Positions 1-11,700 of a stretch of 64,000 bases of DNA are shown one piece after another (position 1 is the stretch's first letter; each line of letters opens with the position of its first letter). The stretch covers positions 1 through 64,000 of the IMG/VR virus record IMGVR_UViG_3300032257_000479, one strand, 5' to 3'. Made by a program: the position numbers and the translations under genes. The notes below the pieces were generated by a model. That model did no database searches, was not told the origin of the DNA, and worked only from the letters and a program-made list of their open reading frames with translations. This DNA comes from a virus.

Positions 1-209
1 ATTATTCCTTGTTGATACACAGGTGTCATTTTTATTTTCTTCTTTTTCTTCTTCTTTTTTGGATCCCAACGATCAAGAATATCTTTTGTTCCTTGACCTA
101 CCTCTTCTGAGGAAAATGGACCAAAATTATGATCGCCTGATGGCATCCCAGGTTGAGTATCAAAACTGCCTGCTATTTTTAAAAAGCTATCACTCTTCAA
201 TACTTTCAT
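1..209 (-). CDS. Hypothetical protein, 3'-truncated by the window edge (MKVLKSDSFLKIAGSFDTQPG...DPKKKKKKKIKMTPVYQQGI); not in the ORF track
   Basis: Hand translation: ATG at 209-207 preceded by AAAGGT, frame open to base 1, overlaps the end of the upstream gene as other genes in the operon do. Confidence 0.65.
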   Translation of the reverse strand, partial: MKVLKSDSFLKIAGSFDTQPGMPSGDHNFGPFSSEEVGQGTKDILDRWDPKKKKKKKKIKMTPVYQQGI

Positions 210-441
210 TGTCTTTACCTTTGATGCGATTTTCTGTTGCATTTCTATAATACACCATAGCATCTCTCATGCCTTGCATTTTTTTCCACGCAATAATATA
301 CTGTCCATTTTCCATAAGATTAATTACGCTTTGAGCGTTTGTAGCATATCTTCCAAAAACGGAAATCATATGTTGCTCATATTCTTCTTTACTTGCGGTC
401 TCAAGATTAGACCCTTGCTCTGCATTAATTTTATCGCTCAT
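190..441 (-). CDS. Hypothetical protein, 83 aa
   Basis: GGAG SD upstream; co-oriented and tightly packed. Confidence 0.75.
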   Translation of the reverse strand: MSDKINAEQGSNLETASKEEYEQHMISVFGRYATNAQSVINLMENGQYIIAWKKMQGMRDAMVYYRNATENRIKGKDNESIEE

Positions 442-450
442 TGTTTTCTC

Positions 451-1545
451 CTACCAAACTCTTTCGTCAGACAAAAGAGCTTGTAAAGTCATTGGTTCAC
501 CTATTGATCTATCGTCAGACTGTATTCTTAACAGCATCTCAAAAGGTACTTCGTCCAATCCTCTTCTTCGTCTTTCTGTTTCCACCCGATTCCATAATTC
601 ATCTGTTATAGGTTTCCACATATTGGTAAGGCTCCAATCCTCAGACCTAGCTGGTTCAAGCATTTTTTCAGTAAGGCCCAAAAACCACCAGTTTGTGTCC
701 ATTTGGGCGATTCTGTTCATTTTATCGCCTTTTGATCCAGCATGAACATCAAAAGCTATTCTCTCTAGCTCTTCATTGAAACACAAAATACTCAATATAG
801 CAAAAAATGATGAAGCTTCTCTATCGCATGTGAATGCCATTTTTACATATTCTACCATTCTCTTTTTCATAAAGAAATTACAGAATGTGGAAGAAATTGT
901 GCTAACAGCCTCTTCTTTAGAACCGCATATAGCTATAAGTGATTCATAAAGCAAAAATGCGGAACGAACAGAATTTGACTCGACATCAAGGTTAACAAAA
1001 ACGAAGGAGCCATGCGTGCTTGCTAGTCTCTTCTCTTTGTCTTCATCAACAAAAACGCAAGCGTCAACAACTCCAGAATGACCTGCTACTATTTTTAAGT
1101 TTTTGAATTCAAGATTATTTGATGGGCATATTATATTCTTCAATAAACCCCACACTAAAGGATATTGATCAAGACGCATTAAAAAAGACTCATCTTGATC
1201 GCTAACAATATTTGGTATGTTTACATTCTCATAATCATATGACAAGCCTCTTATCAGGGATAAAGCAAAACCAATGATTTCATTTCTTTCTTCATTTGAG
1301 GACAGTGGAACTCCAACAATTGTTGTCAAGTAATTAACATATATTGATACCATGGAAAATATGTTCTTAGGAAGCATTTCGTCTTCAGGCAGAACAATTG
1401 CATTTCCTGTAAAATAAGGCTCCACCCCTGGCTTAAAGTCTATTCTCATATCAACAAAGTCTGCATCCAATTGATGACATACTATGTTTATTATGCGATA
1501 CGCTAATAGGAAATCGCTTATGTGTGATTCTTTTAATTTTGACAT
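451..1545 (-). CDS. Hypothetical protein, 364 aa
   Basis: Long ORF; start overlaps upstream stop (TAATG); no motif recognised. Confidence 0.85.
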   Translation of the reverse strand: MSKLKESHISDFLLAYRIINIVCHQLDADFVDMRIDFKPGVEPYFTGNAIVLPEDEMLPKNIFSMVSIYVNYLTTIVGVPLSSNEERNEIIGFALSLIRGLSYDYENVNIPNIVSDQDESFLMRLDQYPLVWGLLKNIICPSNNLEFKNLKIVAGHSGVVDACVFVDEDKEKRLASTHGSFVFVNLDVESNSVRSAFLLYESLIAICGSKEEAVSTISSTFCNFFMKKRMVEYVKMAFTCDREASSFFAILSILCFNEELERIAFDVHAGSKGDKMNRIAQMDTNWWFLGLTEKMLEPARSEDWSLTNMWKPITDELWNRVETERRRRGLDEVPFEMLLRIQSDDRSIGEPMTLQALLSDERVW

Positions 1546-1940
1546 TATTGATCCGTCTCTATTCCTAAATATCGCAAAAAATCGTCATAATTATTGTTTT
1601 TTCGCAAAAATGACTTAAGTTCCTCTACCTCTTTATTTGATATTTTACTGTCAGATACCTTGTTATTTAACTCTTTATTGATTAAAGATATTTCTCTTAA
1701 AATATCGGTCATGCTCATATTATCAGTAGGAGGGGAGGCTATCCAAACTGAATTACCTGAACATCCAGAGCATAAATACTCAAATGTTAGCAAGAAATCA
1801 CCTATTTCTGGTTCTTTTTTACTAAAATCTTTTTGCCTCACACCTATTCCAACTACTCCCTCTTCGCTTGTTTTACTTTTACAGTGAGGACAATTCTGTT
1901 CATTAAGAAACTGTATCGCCCATACTGGTAGAAATATCAT
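1545..1940 (-). CDS. Zn-ribbon protein (CPHC...CSGC), about 131 aa
   Basis: Two CxxC pairs; start moved from 1961 to 1940 because AGGAG lies 8 nt upstream of that ATG. Confidence 0.75.
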   Translation of the reverse strand: MIFLPVWAIQFLNEQNCPHCKSKTSEEGVVGIGVRQKDFSKKEPEIGDFLLTFEYLCSGCSGNSVWIASPPTDNMSMTDILREISLINKELNNKVSDSKISNKEVEELKSFLRKNNNYDDFLRYLGIETDQ

Positions 1941-3144
1941 CTGGCGGACTCCTGGTATCATCTAAATTAATATTATAAGAGTAAGTTATACCTCTCTTAT
2001 TATGAATACCGAAAAGCTTTTGTTCAGCCCTTGTTCCTGGTAAATTATTTTTAAGAGAATAAAGATCTGAACCAACGAACGACCCATTCATCAACAATCT
2101 TCCTGTATGAGAAGTCATCTCTGCAGAATTGTGAAAATGTCCGCAAAGAGCATAATGAAGCCGTTCCTGTAGCGTTGCCTGCATCTTGTTTTTAACTTCA
2201 GCAAAACCGTTTATTGGAGTACCCTTACTTTTAACATCATCTCCATGACACAGTAGGAAGTTGTGATCCTGAATGTTGGCAATCTTGAACCAACAGCGAG
2301 GTATATCAAAAGTAATTCTTGGATTATCTCTAAATCTAGCTCTAATGTACTCGTATATAATAATGTCCCAGTTACAGTAATCTTTTTCAAAACCGCTTGG
2401 AGCAACTCGACCATGATTTCCTCGAATTCCGTAAAACTTAATTGAGCCAAAAATAGACAACCAGTAATATATGGCGTTGGAAATAGCCTCTACTCCCTCC
2501 ATTACCTGATCAAAAATAGGCGTTGATATATAAACAGGAGACCATTTTCCGGCAGCATTCATGCCGTCAACAATATCTCCTAGACAGAATATATGAAGCT
2601 CAGGTATCTGGTACATCGAAGAGTGATGCTGATATATGTCAGCTACAGCATATTGAAAGTTTTTCATTCTTTGAGCGAATACATCTAAGTTGTATTCAGA
2701 GAGGCCGCCTGTCTCTTCAAAAGAATGCTCATGACCAATATGAAGGTCGCTAAGAATGATCCCCATATGCTCAGGAGTTCCATCCTTTTGACCTTTAGGC
2801 TTCCAAGTGCTTAACGGTGCCTTTGGGAAGGCCTCCATTGCTGAACATAGCTTATCTGCTATAACTTCTGTTCTTTGCTTATGAACGCCCAATCTATTAT
2901 TTGCAACTACTTCTTGATGCTCTATAAAGTTTTTTGTCTTCCGCTTTTTTATTATTTCATTTATACGATGAGGTATGTCTGATTCTTCCCATCTTGTTCC
3001 GCGGTATTTATCTTTGCATGCCTGACTTGTTCTTCCGAGTAACTTTGCTATTTCAGGATAGGGGGTATCAAGAAATCTGTGTTCATACAGAGAAACTGTA
3101 TCTTCCATACTCCAGGGTGTTCCCATTTTACTATCTTTTGACAT
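1903..3144 (-). CDS. Calcineurin-like metallophosphoesterase with N-terminal Myb/HTH-like domain
   Basis: All five motifs present: SDLHIG, LGDIVDG, GNHGR, HGD, GHFH; N-terminal WS...YPEIAKLLGRTSQACKDKY; SD AAGGAG. Confidence 0.85.
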   Translation of the reverse strand: MSKDSKMGTPWSMEDTVSLYEHRFLDTPYPEIAKLLGRTSQACKDKYRGTRWEESDIPHRINEIIKKRKTKNFIEHQEVVANNRLGVHKQRTEVIADKLCSAMEAFPKAPLSTWKPKGQKDGTPEHMGIILSDLHIGHEHSFEETGGLSEYNLDVFAQRMKNFQYAVADIYQHHSSMYQIPELHIFCLGDIVDGMNAAGKWSPVYISTPIFDQVMEGVEAISNAIYYWLSIFGSIKFYGIRGNHGRVAPSGFEKDYCNWDIIIYEYIRARFRDNPRITFDIPRCWFKIANIQDHNFLLCHGDDVKSKGTPINGFAEVKNKMQATLQERLHYALCGHFHNSAEMTSHTGRLLMNGSFVGSDLYSLKNNLPGTRAEQKLFGIHNKRGITYSYNINLDDTRSPPDDISTSMGDTVS

Positions 3145-3892
3145 TCGTCTCTCCTTCTGTTGCAGGAATCAATTCACTTCTGAATCTTCTCCATACATGC
3201 ATATGTGCTTTAATCATTTCTGATTTATGTTTTTCTGTCATTCCGTCTGCGTTTTTGCGATACTTAATTATTATTTCCGGAAGATTCGCAAAGACTCTAC
3301 CATCAACAATAGCTCTCGCCCAAAGATCCATATCTGGAACTGTATAAATACTTTCGTCAAGAGTATACCCGCCAAGACTCTCAAACACTTCCCTTTTAAA
3401 CATTGTTGATGGATCAATCATTGGATTTAACTGTTTATGCAGCAAACCATTAACAATTTGTCTATGCCGTATTGGAGGGTAATTCATAATTCCTGTTTGC
3501 TCACTTTCGTGATCGATCATAACAGCATGTCCGCCTACACAAAACACGCTATCATTCTTCTCCAAATATGCAATTTCTTTTTCAAAACGCATCGGCAAAC
3601 TTATATCATCGCCATCGTGGATTGCTACATATTTGCCCCTAGCAAGCCCAATTGCTTCATTTCTTCTTTTCGGAATCTTTTTGTTTTCCGAACTGTTAAT
3701 CATTATAACCCTATTGTCTTCTGCTAATATTTCTGTAGCAATTTTCCATGTAGAATCAGTTGAGCCATCGTTGATTATTATCCACTCGAAATCAGAATAT
3801 GTCTGATTAAGAACAGATTGTATTGATTCTTCAATAAATTGTTCACAATTATAAAGAGTGGTTATAATTGATAGCTTAGGATTCGAATACAT
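3131..3892 (-). CDS. Glycosyltransferase family 2 (GT-A)
   Basis: SIITTLYN, SVLNQTYSDFEWIIINDGSTD, RNEAIGLARGKYVAIHDGDD (DxD). Confidence 0.92.
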   Translation of the reverse strand: MYSNPKLSIITTLYNCEQFIEESIQSVLNQTYSDFEWIIINDGSTDSTWKIATEILAEDNRVIMINSSENKKIPKRRNEAIGLARGKYVAIHDGDDISLPMRFEKEIAYLEKNDSVFCVGGHAVMIDHESEQTGIMNYPPIRHRQIVNGLLHKQLNPMIDPSTMFKREVFESLGGYTLDESIYTVPDMDLWARAIVDGRVFANLPEIIIKYRKNADGMTEKHKSEMIKAHMHVWRRFRSELIPATEGETNVKR

Positions 3893-4982
3893 TTTTATAT
3901 TGCTCCCTTACTTTTTCCCAGTTATAATCACTTAATATCATATTTTTACCCTCTGAGCTTAATTTTTGATGAAGCTTTTCATCTGACAGCAATGCATCAA
4001 GTGAGTCTGTGAACTTGCCATAAACATTTGCTGAATACTGCAACAAACCAAGCCTTGATGTAAGACTTGGACATACTATGTTGCCCGCTAAAGATGGAAC
4101 ATTTCCAACATTAAGAGCAACATATGGCAATCCTGCAGCCATGCTCTCAAGTGCCACCAAAGGAGCAACTTCAGTTTGCGAAGGGAAAGCAAATACGGCA
4201 GACTCAAAAAAAGCTTGAATCGTATCTTTTCTCGATATGTTTGTTAGTGACAGAGACGGATATTTGGCTTTTTTTAACATCATGCTATGTCGGCGTTTCA
4301 TTGATTCCGCTGGAGCGTAATTAGACTTGCTCGAAATAAATAATGCAAAAAAATCCGATCTTTTTCCATGCAACTTGTTTAGTATGTGGTGTAAATGTTC
4401 TTGCCCTTTTCCTGGAAAAAAGTTAGACACACATAATATAATCTTTTTATCTTTTGGTATATTGAATTTCTGTCTAAAGTTAAATCCTTGATCTTTAAAT
4501 TCATTTAAATCAATAGCGTTTGGTATTACATTTACCGGAATATTCATCTTCCGGCATGTTTTGTAGTCAATGTAATCATCTGAATGGGTGATTACCTTAA
4601 AGCTATTATTGTTCTTTTGAAAATTAGCAAGAGTATCGCCATTGTTTCTCATATGATTCATACCAACTAAGGCAATGCTTTTCTTTCCAGGAATTAATTT
4701 GTGATTTCTAACAATGGACGGCCACATGGAAAACGAATCACTGTAAACAAGAGTGTGATCAGGCTGCAAGCTCTTTATTTGTTCAAGAAAATGTCTCTCA
4801 GACTGCTTGCACTGAACAACTTTTACTCCATTTATAGTGGTTTGACGATCAGCCCATTTTGCAAGAACAGTACAATCCATGCCAAAATCATTCGCCATAG
4901 ATTCCGTTATTTGCTGAACAACCTTTTCTGATCCACCAACATGGAAAGGAAATGCATGATTTACACAGACTACCAACTTCAT
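3876..4982 (-). CDS. Glycosyltransferase family 4 (GT-B)
   Basis: FPFHVGGSE, VIPNAID, KGQE, FPSQTEVAPLVALESMAAGLP (Ex7E). Confidence 0.92.
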   Translation of the reverse strand: MKLVVCVNHAFPFHVGGSEKVVQQITESMANDFGMDCTVLAKWADRQTTINGVKVVQCKQSERHFLEQIKSLQPDHTLVYSDSFSMWPSIVRNHKLIPGKKSIALVGMNHMRNNGDTLANFQKNNNSFKVITHSDDYIDYKTCRKMNIPVNVIPNAIDLNEFKDQGFNFRQKFNIPKDKKIILCVSNFFPGKGQEHLHHILNKLHGKRSDFFALFISSKSNYAPAESMKRRHSMMLKKAKYPSLSLTNISRKDTIQAFFESAVFAFPSQTEVAPLVALESMAAGLPYVALNVGNVPSLAGNIVCPSLTSRLGLLQYSANVYGKFTDSLDALLSDEKLHQKLSSEGKNMILSDYNWEKVREQYKNVFES

Positions 4983-4988
4983 AAAACC

Positions 4989-4996
4989 CTATCGAA
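4989..4996 (-). promoter_or_regulatory. Putative late promoter -10 element TTCGATAG (leaderless start)
   Basis: CGATA followed by exactly 7 nt and then the ATG at 4982; no clear SD. Confidence 0.55.
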
Positions 4997-5004
4997 AATA
5001 ATCA

Positions 5005-5772
5005 TTATTTATCTGAGTTCTTCACTGCTCTAAGTGAGTTTAATAGGCATTGACGTTGAACTCGAAATGTTTTTGTTCTCCATTTTTTAGAGAAATTCTT
5101 ATAACTATCGTTAAAGTATGTCATTTTTCTACTATTTTTTCCTAAAGTTTGATGTGGCAAATGGACAATTTTGGCTTTGTAGTTCCACGCAAGACGACCT
5201 CCATCTTCAATTATCCTAAAACAGAAATCAGGGTCCTCAAAATATGCTGGGTTATAAACAATATCGAACATACCTATTTTCTCTGGAAGTGATCCAAGCA
5301 TAAGCATCCCGCCGCAGCCAACATAAGTGAATGGGTCATTTGGTTTTTTTGCCATTCTTACAGGGAAATGCCTACCATTCATCATCCATGCCTCAACTCC
5401 AACCACAGATGCTCCAGACTCTCTTAATACCGCATGGTGTTGCTCAAACCACCCCTCTTGGACATATTGGTCATTATCCAAGAACATTAAGTATTTGGGC
5501 TTATTTTCAATCTTTTTATACATTTCAAAACCATGATTTCGACCGCCGATAACCCCAAGATTTTCTGGACTTGCAAAAAACAAAACGTTATCTTTCTCTT
5601 CTGAGACTTCTTTAAGATATTCTGCAGATCCATCTGTAGACCCATTATCAATAGCTATTAAAAAAATATCATCTTCACAGGTATTTTTGTAAAGATGATC
5701 AATGAAACGTTTTGTCGTTTCAATCCCATTATATGAAAGCATAACTAATGCAGTTCTTTTATCTTGTTCCAT
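5005..5772 (-). CDS. Glycosyltransferase family 2 (GT-A, rhamnosyltransferase-like subgroup)
   Basis: MLSYNG, IDNGSTDGS, ENLGVIGGRNHG, FLDND (DxD), GMFD...YFEDPDFCFR. Confidence 0.9.
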   Translation of the reverse strand: MEQDKRTALVMLSYNGIETTKRFIDHLYKNTCEDDIFLIAIDNGSTDGSAEYLKEVSEEKDNVLFFASPENLGVIGGRNHGFEMYKKIENKPKYLMFLDNDQYVQEGWFEQHHAVLRESGASVVGVEAWMMNGRHFPVRMAKKPNDPFTYVGCGGMLMLGSLPEKIGMFDIVYNPAYFEDPDFCFRIIEDGGRLAWNYKAKIVHLPHQTLGKNSRKMTYFNDSYKNFSKKWRTKTFRVQRQCLLNSLRAVKNSDK

Positions 5773-5778
5773 TCGTGC

Positions 5779-5786
5779 TTATCGGC
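5779..5786 (-). promoter_or_regulatory. Putative late promoter -10 element GCCGATAA (leaderless start)
   Basis: Exact sigma28 -10 consensus; CGATA + 7 nt + ATG at 5772; TAGA sits 15 nt upstream; no SD. Confidence 0.65.
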
Positions 5787-5794
5787 AATATTGA

Positions 5795-8700
5795 TTATGA
5801 ATCTAAAATTGTCACGATATTGCTTGTTGAAACCGATCCAACTGAAATTCCATCGAAAGGGACAACCTCGGCATACCATTCATCGCCTGCTGAAGTATTT
5901 GAAGATACAACTAAATTCTGTCCAGCCAACAAGGTCATTTCAGTAAACACTTCTTCTCCTAATCGTTTTCTAAACCAACGAATAGAGCTTTCATCTTGCT
6001 GACTCTGAGACCCCTGATTTATGTCGGTATCAAAGAAAGTGTAACTTAAATCTAATGCAGAGTCTAAAGCAGGTGAAGTTGGTATTATGATAACGCTAGA
6101 AACAATTGGTGGAGCATTTTCTACTGTTATGATAGAAGAGCTTACTGGATCGCTTATAAGATTTCCTGAAATTGGCCTAACCTCTACTTGCAAAGTGTTT
6201 CCAATTATCATTGCAACAACATTTCCTTGTATCTCTCCAGGTATTATCTCATTATTAGAAAGACCATTTGTTGATTCATTCAGAATACCCCTCTTGAACT
6301 CTATTCCATTTACATACCAAATGATAGTGCTTTCATTCTCGCCTCCGTCATCGAAGAAATTGAACGAGGCTATAGCTGGCGTTGCTGTTGTTATAGATTC
6401 TTGAAGGGTTCCAGTTGACGTTCTTCCCATTATTGACAACGTTGTTATAAATGGCGGAGCAGCGGCTACCTCAACTGATGGTGAACGGAATGTCTCTCCA
6501 AAGTTTGTTCCATCGCTAGGTCTAACTGAAAAGTAAATTATATCGCCAACGTTAATTAGACTTTCTCCTCTTTCGCGAGCAAATTCTTCAACGCTTGTTC
6601 CATCTGGAACATCATCTAAGTCAAAACTGAAACCAAATCCATAAACAGGATCAAGTATATCATTGATATCATTCCATGATCTAAGGTCTCTTAAATATTC
6701 AGCCTCTACACCATTGATGAACCATCTTATTTCTGTTTGATCTAAATCTTCGTCATCGCCGTTGATATCAAAGTATCTATATGTTGCATTTATTTTCGAG
6801 TATATCGATGGGCTGTTAGGGACTACCAAAAGGCTCTGAGCTTCAGGTGGTCTAGCCGACAAAGGAGGAGGCAAGAACACATTTGTGTTCCACATATATC
6901 CAACGCCCTTAATATTTATGTCTTCCGAAGCGAATCTATTTATAACCTGAATTCCTATTCTGAATTCATTGGAATTTTCTATATCAAGGAAGAATGGTCC
7001 TTCTCTTTTGTCTTTAAATACTATCAATCCCTGTCTTGGATAAGCCCTGTAATCCTCGTCATCGATTGCAGCAGACAAGCTATCCCTTATAGTTACTAAA
7101 GAATTAATGTCCCATGGTCCATACTTTGTCTTCCAAACAAATCCGTCTATACTTTCAAGCTGCTCTTCAAGATCAGTATTATCTTGCTGAGTTCTAATCG
7201 GGATAAACAATTTGCCATACTGATCAACAGATGGTCTTGCTCCTGTATGGAAATCATCCCAAGAAGAAGATTGACTATTAGCTACTCCAACTTGAATTTC
7301 GCTTTCTGTTGGTCTATTTGCATCTACCGTTACAGCTATTTGTTGTGCTCCAAATAACGAGCTATCAACGTTCAAGTATAAAAAGCTTATCTTAGGTAAA
7401 CTGTATCTAATATTTATGCCAGTTAGCGATGGAACGCCAGGCGTTGCAATGTCTTCGTATTCTTCTAGGACAGAAGCAGACAAACCACTCAGTAACGATA
7501 CCTTAAACTTAAAGTAGCGCCCTGTTAGCTTAAAGAATTCAACATCACTATTTGGATCAAACTGATCTGATAGGTCAGAAAAATTAAATCCATCATCTGA
7601 TGATTGAACTGTCCAGTTTCCGTCAGTATTTTCGAATAATGAATAATCAAGAACAATTGAATTGACAACGCTTATTTGTCCGAGATCAATAATTGCATCG
7701 TAAGTTCCCCAGCCAACAGAGCCTGCAGCTCTACCTATCATGTTATTTAAAACTTCATTCAAAAACAGTGCATCTAGAACGGTTTGAGATTGGCCTCCTG
7801 TTTCATTTGCTATTTGCTCAAGATCGTCAGTGTCTGTTCTTGCCAACAGTGCAGAAAGAGTTACAGGGAAAACTACTGAGAAGTTGTTTACAAGAACAGG
7901 AACTTCAGCAAAACCATCTATTGCTTGAACATTTTCAAGAGCAGTATCTAAACCGATAAACGACAAACTCTCTTCATTGTCAGTTTGAGCATAAATTATT
8001 TTTGAGAATGAATCAAGAGATTCATCTAGCATTGATTCAGCTACAGCTCCTATTCCATCATAAAACGGAGAAGCTCCAAATGGAACATTGTTTCTTATTC
8101 TATCCAGGAAGCCAAGAGCTTCCTCTGCTGTCCCGATGTTATTATCAATATAAGGGATAACTTGAGGAACCCATTCAATATCGCTATAGTAACTTACGCT
8201 AGGGCTTTCTAATTGAGCAGATTGAGGCGGATTGATATCAAATACTGGATTATTTCCGTCAAGAAGATCATCCCCTATAACAACTCCTCCTGTATTTGTA
8301 TCATCAGTGTCGGTATCCGTATTTGTATCACCAGTATTATCGTTTGATGGAACCTCTCTTGTTACAGAGAATGATCTACATCCTTCAAATAATGGTGAAT
8401 ATGGATCTGTTTCAGCTCCAGGCAATACATCAGGATTTCCATCATCATCTAAATCGTCATCATTTGTATCATCATCAGGATCTTGAGTTTCTATAAATTC
8501 GTCAGGGTCTTCATTGTCATTGAAATCAACAATCGTCTGTCCATAATAAAAGTCATCAACAACAGTTAACTGTAATCTAATAAAGTATGGGTTCCTAACA
8601 TCGCCTTCTCCAATGACAAATGGTTCAACAATATTTTCAGAATCGGTATCTTCGCCCCTTCTTGCTAGCTCTAGCTTTTTCTCTATTTCATTTACTTTGT

Positions 8701-11700
8701 CCAATATGTCTTCTGATCTAGGAAGTAATGTGGATGAAGCTATACCATTAACAGCGATAATGTCATTGCTTGAGAAAATTACTGGGTAAACTAATGATGC
8801 TCTATCAACATTATCCGAAGAAGACTGTTGGTTATCATCGCTGCCTCCTCCGCCTCCTTGTAGATCATCTGCATCATCTGAATTTGCGCTATCAGGCAGA
8901 ACAACGTATCCTCTAAGCAATATTCTAACATCTGTGGTTGGAGGCTCTCCAACATCATCAAGAAGCTCTATTGATATTCCAGCCGATTGTTTTCCGTCAA
9001 GCAACAGTTCTACAGGATTTACTGTAGAATTGATTTGCAAAAAGCCTGGCGGTCTACCGCTTGTTATTCCTCCTGCTACATAAATATATCTAAAGTCGTC
9101 TGAAGCCATTCCGAACGCCTGTCTAGGAACATCCACTCCAGTCAATTCATTGAAATTAAATGGAGCAATAGTATCTGAAGCGTCTATCGATTCAAAAGTC
9201 CTAGAAACCTTACTCTTTCTGCTTTCCCCGCCAAGGAAATATGAAATATCCTGAACTGTAACAGATGAACCTTTGTATCTAGGGTTTGGTATGCTGAAGT
9301 ACGAACTCTCATCATTTTGTATTGAAAGAGTATTTAGGTCAATGGAGTAAGTGTCTGTTAGAAGTATTATTTCTTGATTCTGACCTTCTCCAACAGGTAC
9401 TGCTCCGCCAGAAACTCTCAATGTATTATCTGAATCAGAATGGAACATGAATGGGGAAATTCTTTGATAAAGAACAAGGTCAGATCCTGTAAATGCATCT
9501 GAAACTTCCCACTCGTCAGAATCTATGTTATAGATAACAATTCTGTCATTCATCTCTTGCACAGATCCTTGAGACCCAACTATTCGTATCCCGCCGACAA
9601 TATAAATCTTGGAGCCAACTTTTACTGAAGCTCCCATAGATATTCCATATGATTCGAATTCATTGTCATTCAATGTTGGCATGTTGCTTAAATTAAACCA
9701 TGAGTCAGAACTGCTATCATATCTTTCAGCAGTCTTCGTTACAACAAGATCATTGTCTTCTATGGAAAATCCCCCAAAGACATAAACGTCCCCTGAATCT
9801 TGCTCTGCGTTATGATAAAATCTTGGAGTTGTCATCTCAGCCATATCTGTCCATGTTTGAGAATCTATTCTGTATTGCTCATTGTATGATGAAACTTTAT
9901 TGCCATCAATTCCGCCAATGGCGTAAAGTATCTCACCATATGGATCAAAACTCCAAGTAAGAGTCAATGCTCCCCTTGGGTGGTTTAAGTCATTCGGAAC
10001 TGTTGACCACTCATCTGTAACAGTGTCATAAATATCGATAGAGCCATTATAAACATTATCAACAACAGCCACTTGGGTAACATCGTCATCTGGCTCACTA
10101 TCATCTTCTGCGTCTATTGAATAATTAATAGTAACACAAGATGTCATCAATCTTTCAGTATCGCCTCTCTTGTCATAAGATATAGATGCTTGAACTTGAG
10201 CTTCAAATTCTTGTATCGGACTCATTGGTAATAATGTAAAGTATGCAAGCGACTCTTCTTCCGAAGCATTAACCAAAGGGTCTACAATGTTTTCTGTAAA
10301 AATAACTTGTTCTGGAACCTGTATTTTACTTGGATTTTTTCCGCCGACAGTTAAAGTTATAGGAGTTCCTGTCGGGACATTATTTCCAGCGAAACTAGCT
10401 CTTACAACAAATGTGTGAGAAGACTGTCCGTCAATAAGAAGATCTTGAACAACTTCATTCTCTCTTCTTACCTGTATTACATTAATCTGCAAAGGTTCTT
10501 TTAGCCTAACTATACATGGAGGTATACCATTCTCTGCTCCGCCTCCACCGCTAAGATATTGTATTTCGCCATCAAGCTCAGTCTCAGCTCTTCCGCTAAC
10601 TACATTATCATTATCCTCTCTTCTATAAGTGAAATCGATAGCTCCGCATGTATTTTCAATAGGATCAACATTGCCTCCTGTATCTGGATCTGATGGGCCT
10701 ATGAATTGATTTATTCTTAAGAATGCGTCTGTCTTGTTTTCATCATCAAGAACTATTGTTGCATAACCAATCTCTTCTTCATGATTACTGAAAACTGGTT
10801 CATCTATATATGGATCAAATCCAATTTCAAGATTAGGGCCATGCAAAACTTCGAACGCATTCCCTGTTTCAATTTCAACCAATTGTCCTGCATTAAGAAC
10901 AAAAAGAGTTCCGCCAAAATCATCTGAACATTCTCTGAACACATTTCCCATTAAGCCAGAAGCCTGATTCGGATCTTTCCATATAGTTAATCTTTCGTAA
11001 TCAAAACCATCAGCCCACATATTGACTTGATAATCTCTTAAGTGCATAAGGAATCTTGATCCAAAACCGCTATTGGTTGCAGGCGGATAAATAAATGCTG
11101 GCTTTTCTGCAAATGCTGACAATCCGCTATATACAACATCAACTCTAATTGCATAAAGTTCAGGAAGCAACTGAGGACCAAAATCTCCGTTAAATATATA
11201 CCAAGTAACACCGCAAGCTGGCCCAAAGAACACTCTTCTGGCAGTTCCGCTAGACGTTCTTGAGAATACTCCTGGTCCGTTATTTACAACATTGTCAGTA
11301 GAATAAAAGGGTCTATCTTTTCCTGAAACACCTTTCTTTAAATTCCATTTCACAATTTCGTTATCTGGTATGGGTGTTCTTCTGTCTGGATCATCTGGAT
11401 TTATTAAATAAGCAGAAGCAAATTGTTCGGCAACATCAACACAGTCAGGAGATGGGATAGATTCAGTAAGCTCTATTTGAAGTATATTCTCAAAAGCAAT
11501 ATACATTTTTCTGCGGCCAAAAAATCCGTTATAGCTAGCTTTAGCAAAAAGCATTACGCCTTCTGGCAAAAACGGTGCTTGAAGATCAATATCTGCGAAA
11601 CTAAATTGATTTGATCTTACATCAGAATCATCATCAACATCTTCATCCTCTGTTCCTAATAGTAAGTCAAAAGTAGTTGATTGAGGCAAAACGGTTTTAC

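Noticed and set aside
8270-8890. Asp/Thr/Gly-rich low-complexity DNA (tcatca and gtatc runs) as a tandem repeat element
   Set aside because: Explained by acidic linker coding within the 3234-aa ORF; no exact periodic unit
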